From the IMG/VR virus record IMGVR_UViG_3300050821_003907, positions 96,001-160,000 of that record: a stretch of 64,000 bases of DNA, one strand, 5' to 3'. The stretch comes from a virus. The notes beneath the pieces are model-generated. The model was not told where the DNA came from. It made no database searches and worked only from the letters and a program-made list of their open reading frames with translations. The position numbers and the translations under genes are program-made. Below, one piece after another: positions 33,915 to 42,927 of this stretch (its first letter is position 1; each line of letters begins with the position of its first letter).

Positions 33915-36275
33915 TTAAGGCTTCATTCCACGGTGTCGTCGCAGGATTCGCTTGACCATCATCAGGCACTGCAATGCGGTCAGCACAGCCAGGATTCGCC
34001 ATCCTGTGAGGAGGGTGTAGTCCTGCCACGCACCGGGAAGGTGTTGCCATGCAGTGACGATTCCGTAGATGAACCCAATGATGAGCAGCGAGAATCCGAA
34101 AATCTTAGGACCGAAGCCCATTGACTTACCGGATTCTGCCTTCTTCTGCGCAGCCCAGCCATCACTGCCCGTGCCTGTAAGGACCTTGAACGTCGCAACG
34201 GTCATGGACGTTGCCCGGAAGATAAGGTAAAGCTCTACCGGAACCAGCGTTGCTGCTGATACGACATCCAGCGGAGTCCTGTTAGGCATGCGCATTGTCT
34301 GCCGTATGTTAAGCAAGATTGCCAACGCTGGCGGAATCAGCCAGTACCAGGACCAGTCGAACTTGTGCACGGACAACGACGCGGTTAGCATGACGGCGAA
34401 CATCAGGCGCATGAACCCGTTGAATAGCAGTCCCGCTACCTGAGTAGCCAGGGTTGCCGTCCACTTGTTCAGCCCCGATGTCATGATGAGACGCGCGATG
34501 CCCTGGTCCCACTTCTGGCGCTGTGCCCAGAGGGACTTGAGGTTGTGCATGGCACCGGGGTACGCACGCGCCTCAGGGTTAACCGTGGTCTTGTAGCCAA
34601 GCCCTCGCAGGTCACCGGTGAGCTGCATGTCCTCGACCTGGCTGGAGGTGTCCCACGGGACGCCCATGCGCTTCTCTGCCACCTTCAGCAGCGCGCTGGC
34701 ACGGAACAGGCTGAGCTGACCGCCAAGGACGTAGGTGTTGCGCTTGTTGTGCAATAGCGAGTCAGTCCAGTCACTGAACTCCACCCGCTGCATGCGGACA
34801 AGCATTCCCCCCTCTTGGTGGAACGTGTAGCGTGCCATGACGCCCCCGACGTTCCGGTCCTCGCGCAGTTCCGTCTCCAGGTGCTGCAACGCATCTGGCT
34901 CAAGAACGGTGTCAGCATCGACACCCGCAATGTACTCGAAGCCTTTGTGGTGGTGTTCCCATCCCTGGTTAAGAGCGCCGGTCTTCTTGTCGCGGTTGCC
35001 GACAGTCTCCATCACAGTCGCGCCATACTGGCGTGCGATGCCAGCGGTGTTGTCCCCGCAGTTTCCTGTGAGGATTCCCCCGGAAAGTGTGAATTCGTGT
35101 TGTTCGGGAACAACGGCACAGCCTACGGTGAGGTAGGCTTCCGTGTCTCTAACATCAGTGACCATCCATTTGATATTCTCTGCCTTCTTCAGAGAAGCGC
35201 GGTAGGCTGTAGTTTCTTTTCCGTCACTGTAGTTTCGCACGTAAGTTTCCTCCCATCGTCCTATCACCATTAGCCCACCGAAGGGAGCGTAATCTTCTAG
35301 CCAGTCAATGATGTCTGACCTCATCGACGCAGGGTGATTAGACCCGGTGCGCTTGTTCACGTAACCATCGGCCGCTAGATACCCGTGAGTAAATCCTGCT
35401 GCGTAGTTAGCCGTAGGGCTGATTGGTAGGTCCTTAAGATTAGCGGTGTCCTTTACGTATAGAGTTCCTCGGTACTGCGGCGTAGCTTCAGCTTGCGACT
35501 TCACTTGACGAACTTCTTCTTCAAAGAAATCCGCCATGCGAATCTTGTCTGCGTAAAAAGAGACTCGATAAGTACGGACATTGTCTAGGTTGTGGTAAGT
35601 CTGAGTACCGTCTCCAAAAATAAACCCATGTCGAACGCCTGCACGATAATCCTCACTAGCAGTGTCGGCTGACACATCGGTAGACGTGGGAATTACATCG
35701 CCCTTCGTGATGTCAGTAACAACACCTCTTTCGGTAATCCAGCGGTGGTCGGGCGTAACTCGCACTGTCCTACGATAAGTCGTACGAGAAGGTACTCGCC
35801 ATCCTTGCTTTCCGTTACGATAAGTGACGGATTGCGCGGGACCTAGTTCGACTTCTTGAATCCTCTGAACGCCGAACTTTTTAATTTCCGCCTTTTGCCA
35901 CCCACTGCTTGTTAGGATTTCTTGAACCGTACCTGCGGTTTCCCGGAAAGACTTGATGCCTTCACGAGTAAGGTACCTTTCGTCCAGAGCGAAACAGTTG
36001 TCAGCAATGACTACGATGCGGTCTGGCGTTCGCGTCTGCCGCTTAAGTGCGGTGATGGTGATGCCGATGGAATCCTGCTCGTCGTGAGCGGGAATCATCA
36101 CCAGCACGCGGCCGGTCTTGACAGCCTTAACCGGGTCACGATAGCGAATCTTGTCTACCGCACGGGAGACTTCGCCTACTAGAATGCGGGCAGACTGCTT
36201 TAGCTTCTCAGCCGGGCGAAGCCGTGGCGCTCTGGCTGCCGGGGGCTGCCACAACATTACATCTGTCCCTGGCAT
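33915..36275 (-). CDS. processive GT2 polysaccharide synthase (PgaC/chitin/hyaluronan-synthase-like) containing an intein
   Basis: IPAHDE, ADN|C, VDADT (DxD), VEDM (TED-like), QRQKW (QxxRW), multiple C-terminal TMs. Confidence 0.9.
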   Translation of the reverse strand: MPGTDVMLWQPPAARAPRLRPAEKLKQSARILVGEVSRAVDKIRYRDPVKAVKTGRVLVMIPAHDEQDSIGITITALKRQTRTPDRIVVIADNCFALDERYLTREGIKSFRETAGTVQEILTSSGWQKAEIKKFGVQRIQEVELGPAQSVTYRNGKQGWRVPSRTTYRRTVRVTPDHRWITERGVVTDITKGDVIPTSTDVSADTASEDYRAGVRHGFIFGDGTQTYHNLDNVRTYRVSFYADKIRMADFFEEEVRQVKSQAEATPQYRGTLYVKDTANLKDLPISPTANYAAGFTHGYLAADGYVNKRTGSNHPASMRSDIIDWLEDYAPFGGLMVIGRWEETYVRNYSDGKETTAYRASLKKAENIKWMVTDVRDTEAYLTVGCAVVPEQHEFTLSGGILTGNCGDNTAGIARQYGATVMETVGNRDKKTGALNQGWEHHHKGFEYIAGVDADTVLEPDALQHLETELREDRNVGGVMARYTFHQEGGMLVRMQRVEFSDWTDSLLHNKRNTYVLGGQLSLFRASALLKVAEKRMGVPWDTSSQVEDMQLTGDLRGLGYKTTVNPEARAYPGAMHNLKSLWAQRQKWDQGIARLIMTSGLNKWTATLATQVAGLLFNGFMRLMFAVMLTASLSVHKFDWSWYWLIPPALAILLNIRQTMRMPNRTPLDVVSAATLVPVELYLIFRATSMTVATFKVLTGTGSDGWAAQKKAESGKSMGFGPKIFGFSLLIIGFIYGIVTAWQHLPGAWQDYTLLTGWRILAVLTALQCLMMVKRILRRHRGMKP
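35061..35996 (-). mobile_element. intein (312 aa) with LAGLIDADG-type homing endonuclease
   Basis: Starts CFALDERYL, block B VTPDHRWIT, GFIFGDG and GYLAADG, ends ILTGN followed by +1 Cys; AT-richer than exteins. Confidence 0.9.
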
Positions 36276-36298
36276 CTTATTTACCTTTCGCCTTATTG

Positions 36299-37912
36299 TT
36301 ACGGGTTGAGGGTACCGAACCAGGACTGAAGGTCCTGGCCCGCACCTTGAGTGGGACCATCTGGGAGAACGCAGGAGTATGTTCCCGCATCATAACTGTT
36401 AGCCGTGGCAGGACCGCTATTGTCCTGGTTCAGGATTCCAGCGCCGTTAACGTCACCCGTGCCAAGCGTCCAGGCAAGCAAACCTATTCCCTCATCTTGC
36501 AAGTAGCGCAAGTACGCGGGCACTGAAGCAGGGGCATCACCCCAGCACTCACCCACATCACCGAGAGAACCAGGGTTGCCGCTGGTAACTGTCCTGTTAG
36601 TCCACTCTCCGTCAACTACAGGTGCTTGCAGGTGCTTGACGAGCTGCCCGAATTCAGCATCCCAGTTAGCAGTAGTGCGAGCCACACCATCTACAGTTGG
36701 GTGATGGAACTCATACACTGTAAGCTTGTCCGGGTCCGTAACGTGCCACGAGCTAAAGTTAGACGCAACACGGCCAAGCCCCAGCTCACCCATGACTCCG
36801 GGGAATTGCGGTGTCTCGTCCCACAGCATGTTCGTGTAACCGTTAGCGCGAAGCGTTACCGTTAGCTGGTTCATGCCGATGTAGGTGGTGTCGCCTGAGT
36901 ATCCGCCGTTAAGCCACAAGCTCCACATGGAGTTATCAGTCATGGAATCATCCGAACGCGGCTCGTTAAACGGGTCAATGATTACAGACTTGTCACCTGC
37001 TATAGTAGGGGCTAGTGCTTTCCACACGTTGACTGTAGTTTGCGTGGGCAGCGGCTGATTGTCGTGAGCAATAGGGTCGGGTTCTGTTTGGTCAACAATG
37101 ACCACCATAAGCCCGTCAGACTGAGCATGGCTGATAACTTGCTGTAGACCGGAAAGGTAAGCGGAGTCCACATCTCCGGTAGCAGGGTCAACAAGCGTAT
37201 CCTGGCTGATGAAGATGCGAACGGTGTTGGCGTGCCACGAACTAGCGCTAACATCTTCCTGGTCTTCTGCCTGGCTAATCCATGAGTCATACTGCGGCTG
37301 CCCAGAACCATCCAGGTACCACTTGTTGTCAGGCTCGCCGGGGTCAGTGCCGTACGGGTACTGCGTGCCGTTGAGGTTCATTCCCAGCGGCAGGTACAGC
37401 TTGCCGCCCACGACCATGTTCACGCCGCTTAGAGAAACGTCACCGCGTGCATTGCTGAAGCCGGGGAACGCCACGCCGTTCATTACCCAGTGCCCGTGAA
37501 AGCCCGCACCTGCGGTCTTAGCCGTGATGATGCCGGGAAGCGCATAGCTCCAGTGCTGTGCGTTATCCTCGTTACACTGCCACATCTGGCCTTTAATGGG
37601 GTTACGGTTTCCTGCGTTGTCCAGGCAGTAAGCACCACCGCTAGCCCGCATGGTGAGAGTCCCGTCCAGGGACATGTTCCACTGCTGCTCGTTAGTGCCG
37701 TTACAGGTTTTGCCTGCCACTGCAACGCCGTCCTTTGGCGTCCCTGTAAGGCACTTCCCACCGCTGGTGATGGTACCCCAAGGCATGGAGTTGACAGGCT
37801 TGTAGTGCAGCGGGGGACGGTGCTTAGACGGGGAACTGTACGCTGGCGTGGCAGCGCATGCTGACAGCAATATGCTAGGCAGCAAAGCCGCTGCTAGCCA
37901 GCGCATCTTCAT
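36299..37912 (-). CDS. lipoprotein with ricin-B lectin domain and GH5 (cellulase-family) glycoside hydrolase
   Basis: Lipobox LSAC; (Q)xW repeats GKCL..CNGTNEQQW and CNEDNAQHW; GH5 motifs NTVRI, FNEP, EFHHP, VDGEW, GLLAW. Confidence 0.9.
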   Translation of the reverse strand: MKMRWLAAALLPSILLSACAATPAYSSPSKHRPPLHYKPVNSMPWGTITSGGKCLTGTPKDGVAVAGKTCNGTNEQQWNMSLDGTLTMRASGGAYCLDNAGNRNPIKGQMWQCNEDNAQHWSYALPGIITAKTAGAGFHGHWVMNGVAFPGFSNARGDVSLSGVNMVVGGKLYLPLGMNLNGTQYPYGTDPGEPDNKWYLDGSGQPQYDSWISQAEDQEDVSASSWHANTVRIFISQDTLVDPATGDVDSAYLSGLQQVISHAQSDGLMVVIVDQTEPDPIAHDNQPLPTQTTVNVWKALAPTIAGDKSVIIDPFNEPRSDDSMTDNSMWSLWLNGGYSGDTTYIGMNQLTVTLRANGYTNMLWDETPQFPGVMGELGLGRVASNFSSWHVTDPDKLTVYEFHHPTVDGVARTTANWDAEFGQLVKHLQAPVVDGEWTNRTVTSGNPGSLGDVGECWGDAPASVPAYLRYLQDEGIGLLAWTLGTGDVNGAGILNQDNSGPATANSYDAGTYSCVLPDGPTQGAGQDLQSWFGTLNP

Positions 37913-38610
37913 TACATGAACTCCTTCAGTTTCTCTACGTCGTCTACGATGGGCACGCCCGGAGCAATTTCGCTAACTAGCCGGGTTAGTTCTTCAACTA
38001 CCTCTGTGCTTGTCTTGCCGAGAAACCGCTGAACGGTAGTGTCAAATACAGGGTGCGGTTGCGGTTCCACCACAGCGATAGCGAGCATTCGCATCTTCTG
38101 GGAACGGAAGCCCTTCTCACCGATGATGGTGCGGCCAGCTCCCTCACCGACTCCCCGAAGGTGAGCCTTAACCCAAGCGGGCTTGTCACGCAGCGAGAAC
38201 TCTGCCCAGTAACCATCCAAGGTAAACGCGGGGTAGCTGAAATCTACCGGACCCCTTACGTGGTTGCTCTTTGACTGCTCCCAGAAAGCCCAGAAACCAC
38301 ACCCGCACTGCTCTGTGGGAATTTCAGAAAGAGGATGCCAGAATTTGACGCCTCCGGGCAACATTGCCACCTCTGATTCGTGCAGCTTAGCCATCGTCTC
38401 AGAAATATCGCAGCGTGCGACTTGCCAGTCGCTGCCGTGCCACTGACCACCCCAGTGTCCCATGAGATGCTTATCAGGCACGAGTGGCAGTTCCGGCATC
38501 TTACGAGAGAATTTAAGCTGCCATTCCCGGTAGCCCTTTACTGTTCCGGCCGCGAATTCCCACTCACCTTGCTCACTGAAACCATCCATGCCAGAAACGC
38601 GTGCGGACAC
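37912..38610 (-). CDS. GYRxW/CGCGxWA/IGEKGFR family protein, copy 1
   Basis: Motifs shared with 40894-41673 and 42928-43689. Confidence 0.75.
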   Translation of the reverse strand: MSARVSGMDGFSEQGEWEFAAGTVKGYREWQLKFSRKMPELPLVPDKHLMGHWGGQWHGSDWQVARCDISETMAKLHESEVAMLPGGVKFWHPLSEIPTEQCGCGFWAFWEQSKSNHVRGPVDFSYPAFTLDGYWAEFSLRDKPAWVKAHLRGVGEGAGRTIIGEKGFRSQKMRMLAIAVVEPQPHPVFDTTVQRFLGKTSTEVVEELTRLVSEIAPGVPIVDDVEKLKEFM

Positions 38611-38618
38611 AGTATCTC

Positions 38619-39134
38619 CTAGAAGAATGAAACCAGCGCCAGCACTCTGGGTCCTGGCTGCTCAGCAGGGTCGAACTCCAGTTGCATGAGCGCGATGGCG
38701 CGCTTGAGGATTGAGTCGTAAGAATGCAGGGTAGCGGGGTCGAACCATGCCCTGTCGATTTCCAGGATGTCGTAACCCGAGCCGAGTTTTACTCCAAAGG
38801 CCCACTGGTCATAATCGTATGATGCGCCCCGGCTATCGAAAACCAGCCTGTCCAGGCCGACTGCCTGCTCGGCTGCTTTCTTGCGCGTGAAATAACCACT
38901 GTCTGATGAATCGTCCCACTCTTCCGTGAAGCCTGCCATCTCCCGTAGAAGATATTCGTCTGCCTGGTGAGCAAAGCCCTCATCCTCAGAATCGTCTGGG
39001 TAACCCTCGTCGTTCAGCTTTACCCAGGACGGCCACGCCGTCTCGTACTTACCAGCCTTGTTGAACTTCCAGCCGTCTTCCGGCCCGCCAAGGTCGTAGC
39101 CATACAGAATCGTCACGTCCAGGGAGCGCCCCAT
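38619..39134 (-). CDS. hypothetical acidic protein
   Basis: AGAGGA RBS; ILYGYDLG. Confidence 0.65.
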   Translation of the reverse strand: MGRSLDVTILYGYDLGGPEDGWKFNKAGKYETAWPSWVKLNDEGYPDDSEDEGFAHQADEYLLREMAGFTEEWDDSSDSGYFTRKKAAEQAVGLDRLVFDSRGASYDYDQWAFGVKLGSGYDILEIDRAWFDPATLHSYDSILKRAIALMQLEFDPAEQPGPRVLALVSFF

Positions 39135-39525
39135 GTCAGTCCTCTCGTAGTCTCGACCGATGCCAACACCCTGTCAGTCCGGGTTATTCCCGTAGTTGTA
39201 CACGACGTAGTCAAGTACTTCCTTAATCGCTACGAGCGCACCGCAGTTGTAGGCTGTAGTCACTTCGTCTTCAGCAGCACGGGCAGCGGGCAGTTCATTC
39301 GCGTAGCGGTTCTTCGCTTGCTCTAGAAAATCAATAAGGTACTGGTTCATTACAGGTCCTTAACATCGGTCATGTCATCCGGGTAAATTTCCCCGAAGAC
39401 GTACGGAGGTAGCTGGTTAGCCAGGTCTTCTAGCGTGCCGAGCCCAATCTGGCTATTGTCCGGGTCTGCGGTAAACCCTGAGCACATCACGCTGATGAAC
39501 TTAGCCGTGACATTCTTCATGTCAC

Positions 39526-39555
39526 AATCCTCCCCTAAAAACGCTATCAGTCAAC
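39526..39555 (-). repeat. intergenic direct repeat copy A (RBS-containing)
   Basis: AATCCTCCCCTAAAAACGCTATCAGTCAAC; near-identical to 39949-39977. Confidence 0.75.
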
Positions 39556-39947
39556 TAGTTGTCATTGAACTTGTCTAGCAGGTCCCTAGGGAAGTACACG
39601 AACAGGTCGTCCAGGTAGTTCTCGTGGAACCGCCAGCCTACTGGGTAAACTGCTTCCACACCTAGCAGGTCTCGCAAGACCTGAACTCCTAGTTCACGGT
39701 TTTCTGTGCGTTCTCCCAGGAACACAACCTGAACCTTGCCATCTTCTGTGAAGTGCCCGTACGGGTTGTACTCACAACTCCACTCGTTCCAGCGCTCACA
39801 AGAGAACCGCGTGACGATTCCTTGCTTCCACAGGGCCTTGAGCAGCTTTACCATGCCGCTGTCCACGCGAATGCGCTTGTATGGCGACCACGACGGAGCT
39901 GCGACTCTTGACTGCTCGTGTTGCCAGCCATTAATTGCTAGTGACAT
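39555..39947 (-). CDS. hypothetical protein
   Basis: GGGGAGG RBS; VKLLKALW..GI.TRFSCE. Confidence 0.6.
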   Translation of the reverse strand: MSLAINGWQHEQSRVAAPSWSPYKRIRVDSGMVKLLKALWKQGIVTRFSCERWNEWSCEYNPYGHFTEDGKVQVVFLGERTENRELGVQVLRDLLGVEAVYPVGWRFHENYLDDLFVYFPRDLLDKFNDN

Positions 39948-39948
39948 G

Positions 39949-39977
39949 AATCCTCCCCTAAAGCGCTATTAGTCAAC
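39949..39977 (-). repeat. intergenic direct repeat copy B
   Basis: AATCCTCCCCTAAAGCGCTATTAGTCAAC. Confidence 0.75.
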
Positions 39978-40131
39978 AAGTGAACAGATTAGGGTCGCCG
40001 TATCTCGATAACAAGGCGAGCCATGGGAATAATCAGCAGCAGGAACCACGGGCTGTGCGTCATGACGACCATCGTGACCATAGTCGCGTACAGGGCTACC
40101 ATGAGAATCGCGCAAGCCCAGGGCTTGGTAA

Positions 40132-40374
40132 TCACATGACCTCCAGCATCATGCTCGCGATGTCATCGCTAGACATTTTCAGCAGCATCGCCGCTACCTG
40201 CATGAGCACGCCGCTGACTGTAAGGGTTCCTCTCAGCATTTCAATGACGCGTTCAGGGTCCTCTATGAACGTGGCCAGCTTATCCCTGACGGCGCTATCG
40301 TCGTCATTGGCTATCATCAGGATAAGGCCGAGCGCTTCGCGGTCTACGGCGTCCTGGTGCTCATCATCACTCAT
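40132..40374 (-). CDS. hypothetical protein
   Basis: Coupled ORF. Confidence 0.5.
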   Translation of the reverse strand: MSDDEHQDAVDREALGLILMIANDDDSAVRDKLATFIEDPERVIEMLRGTLTVSGVLMQVAAMLLKMSSDDIASMMLEVM

Positions 40375-40643
40375 TAGCCCTCCAGTATCGTGAAAGAGCT
40401 ACGGCGCACGTAGAGTAGCGCATTATCGCGCAACCCGAACTTACGCTCCATGCCGTCTGGCCACAGTTCGTAAGCAACGCCATCGGGCCAGTGCTCTTCG
40501 ATATGAGAATCGGTCAGGTCGTATCGCTGGTGAGGGTCACAGTAACCCGAAACACGGTAATCACCATGCGCATAGCCGATGCTGCCGTGGTAACGAACCA
40601 GTGTCTCCAGGGGGACGCGTTCTGTCATTACAAGTACTCCCAT
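40374..40643 (-). CDS. hypothetical protein
   Basis: Coupled ORF. Confidence 0.5.
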   Translation of the reverse strand: MGVLVMTERVPLETLVRYHGSIGYAHGDYRVSGYCDPHQRYDLTDSHIEEHWPDGVAYELWPDGMERKFGLRDNALLYVRRSSFTILEG

Positions 40644-40894
40644 GTGATTAGAAGGCCCTTAATACCTGACCCATGGCGCGGGCACCAGACTTTACCGTCT
40701 AGCAGTTTAGCGTGGCAGTCATCGCAAAGGAACTTAGCGGTAAGCCAGCCACAATCCGCGCATCTAGGACGAACATGATAGGTACTAGGTTTTCCGCATA
40801 TCCCATCCGTCAATAGCCGAACCGGCAGATTGCAAGGCGGGACCCTGTCAAGGTCAATGCCCTCGATTGCGATTTCTTCTACAGTTGCTGTCAT
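40628..40894 (-). CDS. Cys-rich zinc-binding protein
   Basis: LD..PPC..CG..CADC..CDDC..CPRH; similar to 33631-33903. Confidence 0.6.
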   Translation of the reverse strand: MTATVEEIAIEGIDLDRVPPCNLPVRLLTDGICGKPSTYHVRPRCADCGWLTAKFLCDDCHAKLLDGKVWCPRHGSGIKGLLITWEYL

Positions 40895-41673
40895 CAGAAT
40901 CCCGTAATTGCCCTAACTGCCTTCCGCCATGACGGGTCATTAACGCGCCATTTAGGCCCGTACATAGGGTCAGGCTCAGTATTTCGCTTGATTAGGTCAT
41001 GGACAGGGTTAGTGAATGGCCGGTGCGGGTCCGCTACCAGAACGGGAATACTGAATGTTTTTTCCAGCTCGTCAGTAACGTCCTTGGGCGTATCATGCAC
41101 CACGAACAGGTGAGTTAGCGTGGCCTTTTCACACCGGAAGCCCTTTTCACCGATTACCACGCGCTCGCTGCCTTCAACGCGCCCGGCGACAGGCCAGTAT
41201 ACGGTGCTATAGTCCCTGTCCATGTTGAAGTCAGAGTCTGTGGGCAACTGCCAGTAAGCCCAGATACCACAACCGCACGCATCAGGGTTGTCCAGTACTC
41301 GCTCACAGTTAATCATCGATGCCAAGCGAGGAGTCAGCATCATCCTGTAGTTAGGCCACGCCGAGTCATCACGCGCGCACTGAGCTTTCGTGACGGTAGA
41401 GTGCCATTTCTGGCCCCACTTTCCGTACAGCCCGTAAGAGCAGTAGCAGCCTGTTGACGGGGTATAGTCGTAACCTAGCTGCTTCAGCAACGCGTAAGAA
41501 CTGTACTCCCCCATGGTGTAATGTGGGTTAATGGCGATTGGATTGGCTTTACGCGTGAGCGCACAGGACTTGCCGTGACGGCGGAAAGTCCAGGCTCGGT
41601 AGCCGATTACCTTGCCTAGTCCCATGTCCCAGTCTTCAGGCTCATGCTTCTCAGTGAAGCCGTCTAGCGGCAT
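40894..41673 (-). CDS. GYRxW/CGCGxWA/IGEKGFR family protein, copy 2
   Basis: GYRAW, CGCGIWAYW, VVIGEKGFRCEKA. Confidence 0.75.
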   Translation of the reverse strand: MPLDGFTEKHEPEDWDMGLGKVIGYRAWTFRRHGKSCALTRKANPIAINPHYTMGEYSSYALLKQLGYDYTPSTGCYCSYGLYGKWGQKWHSTVTKAQCARDDSAWPNYRMMLTPRLASMINCERVLDNPDACGCGIWAYWQLPTDSDFNMDRDYSTVYWPVAGRVEGSERVVIGEKGFRCEKATLTHLFVVHDTPKDVTDELEKTFSIPVLVADPHRPFTNPVHDLIKRNTEPDPMYGPKWRVNDPSWRKAVRAITGF

Positions 41674-41690
41674 TACTCCCCCTCTTCGAG

Positions 41691-42128
41691 TTACTTAGCG
41701 AAAGCCTTGCAGAACTGCTTGCCAGCAGCATCGCTCAGCGCGTTGTCGGAGTACACAGTAACCGTGTAGCCCTTGGCCGAGGTAGCCGAGCATACCGACT
41801 TGTAAGCAGTCGGGATATCGGTTACCTGCGTGACCGTGACGTGCTTCTGGCGCGTGGCAGCCTTGGTCAGCTCGTGGCACTGGGAACTAGCCGTAAGGCC
41901 GTCTACGGTGCCGTGGAAGTCCAGGTAGGCGGTAATGCCCTTGGCGGTCAGGCTCACAGCACAGTCAGCGGCGGGAACCGTCCCGCCAGCAACGCCCACG
42001 TTGCCTAGTGTGACCTTGTGCGCCGGGCTAGCGCTGTAGCCATTGTGCTTAGCAGGACCGCACGCAGTAAGCGAGATAGCCGCGATTCCCGCGACAACGA
42101 ATCCACCGATGGCAATCTTGCGGTTCAC
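41691..42128 (-). CDS. lipoprotein
   Basis: Lipobox LTAC; paired Cys. Confidence 0.7.
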   Translation of the reverse strand: MNRKIAIGGFVVAGIAAISLTACGPAKHNGYSASPAHKVTLGNVGVAGGTVPAADCAVSLTAKGITAYLDFHGTVDGLTASSQCHELTKAATRQKHVTVTQVTDIPTAYKSVCSATSAKGYTVTVYSDNALSDAAGKQFCKAFAK

Positions 42129-42927
42129 TTCTGTCCCCTAAGCTTGTTAAGGCGCTCAATGCGCGCCGCTCTAATCTTGTCACGACGGTACTTAGTGTGC
42201 AGTACTGATATGTCGAGTCGGCCCAGTGCAAGGTGAAACAGGTAAATCTCGCTCCAGAAGCCGAGGTAAAACCAGCCCTTGTCAATCTTTACCGGTTTCA
42301 TGTCCCCTCTCGAAGCGTTAACAACATGTTGCGCCGAGTTATTCCTACCGGTCTGGTACAGGCGGTCCCGGTGGCACGTCACGCGACAACCACGCGTCTG
42401 AGCCGTCAGCGCCACGTCGCCAGGTCTCGCGCCCTAGCTGAGGGTCTGTGCCCTGCGGTGAAGGACCGGTAGCACGGTGCTTGCCGCTGCTGTCCACGTC
42501 TACCCACGGTTCCTCTAGGCTTTCGAGATGAGGGTCACGCCGGAACGGTCGCGGCTCAACGTCAGCCAGGCCACGGCTGGCGTCCCTGTAATTGAGCTGG
42601 TGATGGGTAATAGCCGCAGAATCTGGCAAGAGCAAGCCAGCCTCACGCAGGGCAATTACAATTTCTTCTGCCACCGCTTGCACGCCAGTAACGTCCATCT
42701 CCCGAAGAGTGTCACGGACAATCGCCTTGGCGATTAGGTCAATGTTCACGCTATCACCTTAAAATCGTGGATGAGGGTAATAGGGATGCCTACTGTGTTT
42801 TCCTTATTTCGCTCCATAATCCGGATGAGCAGGAATCCGTTGCTGAGATTCCATGAGACCACGTTCTTGTACACGGCAGCCGCGTTGTTAGGCGGCTTAG
42901 GGAGGGGCATTACCTTAATCGTGTTCA

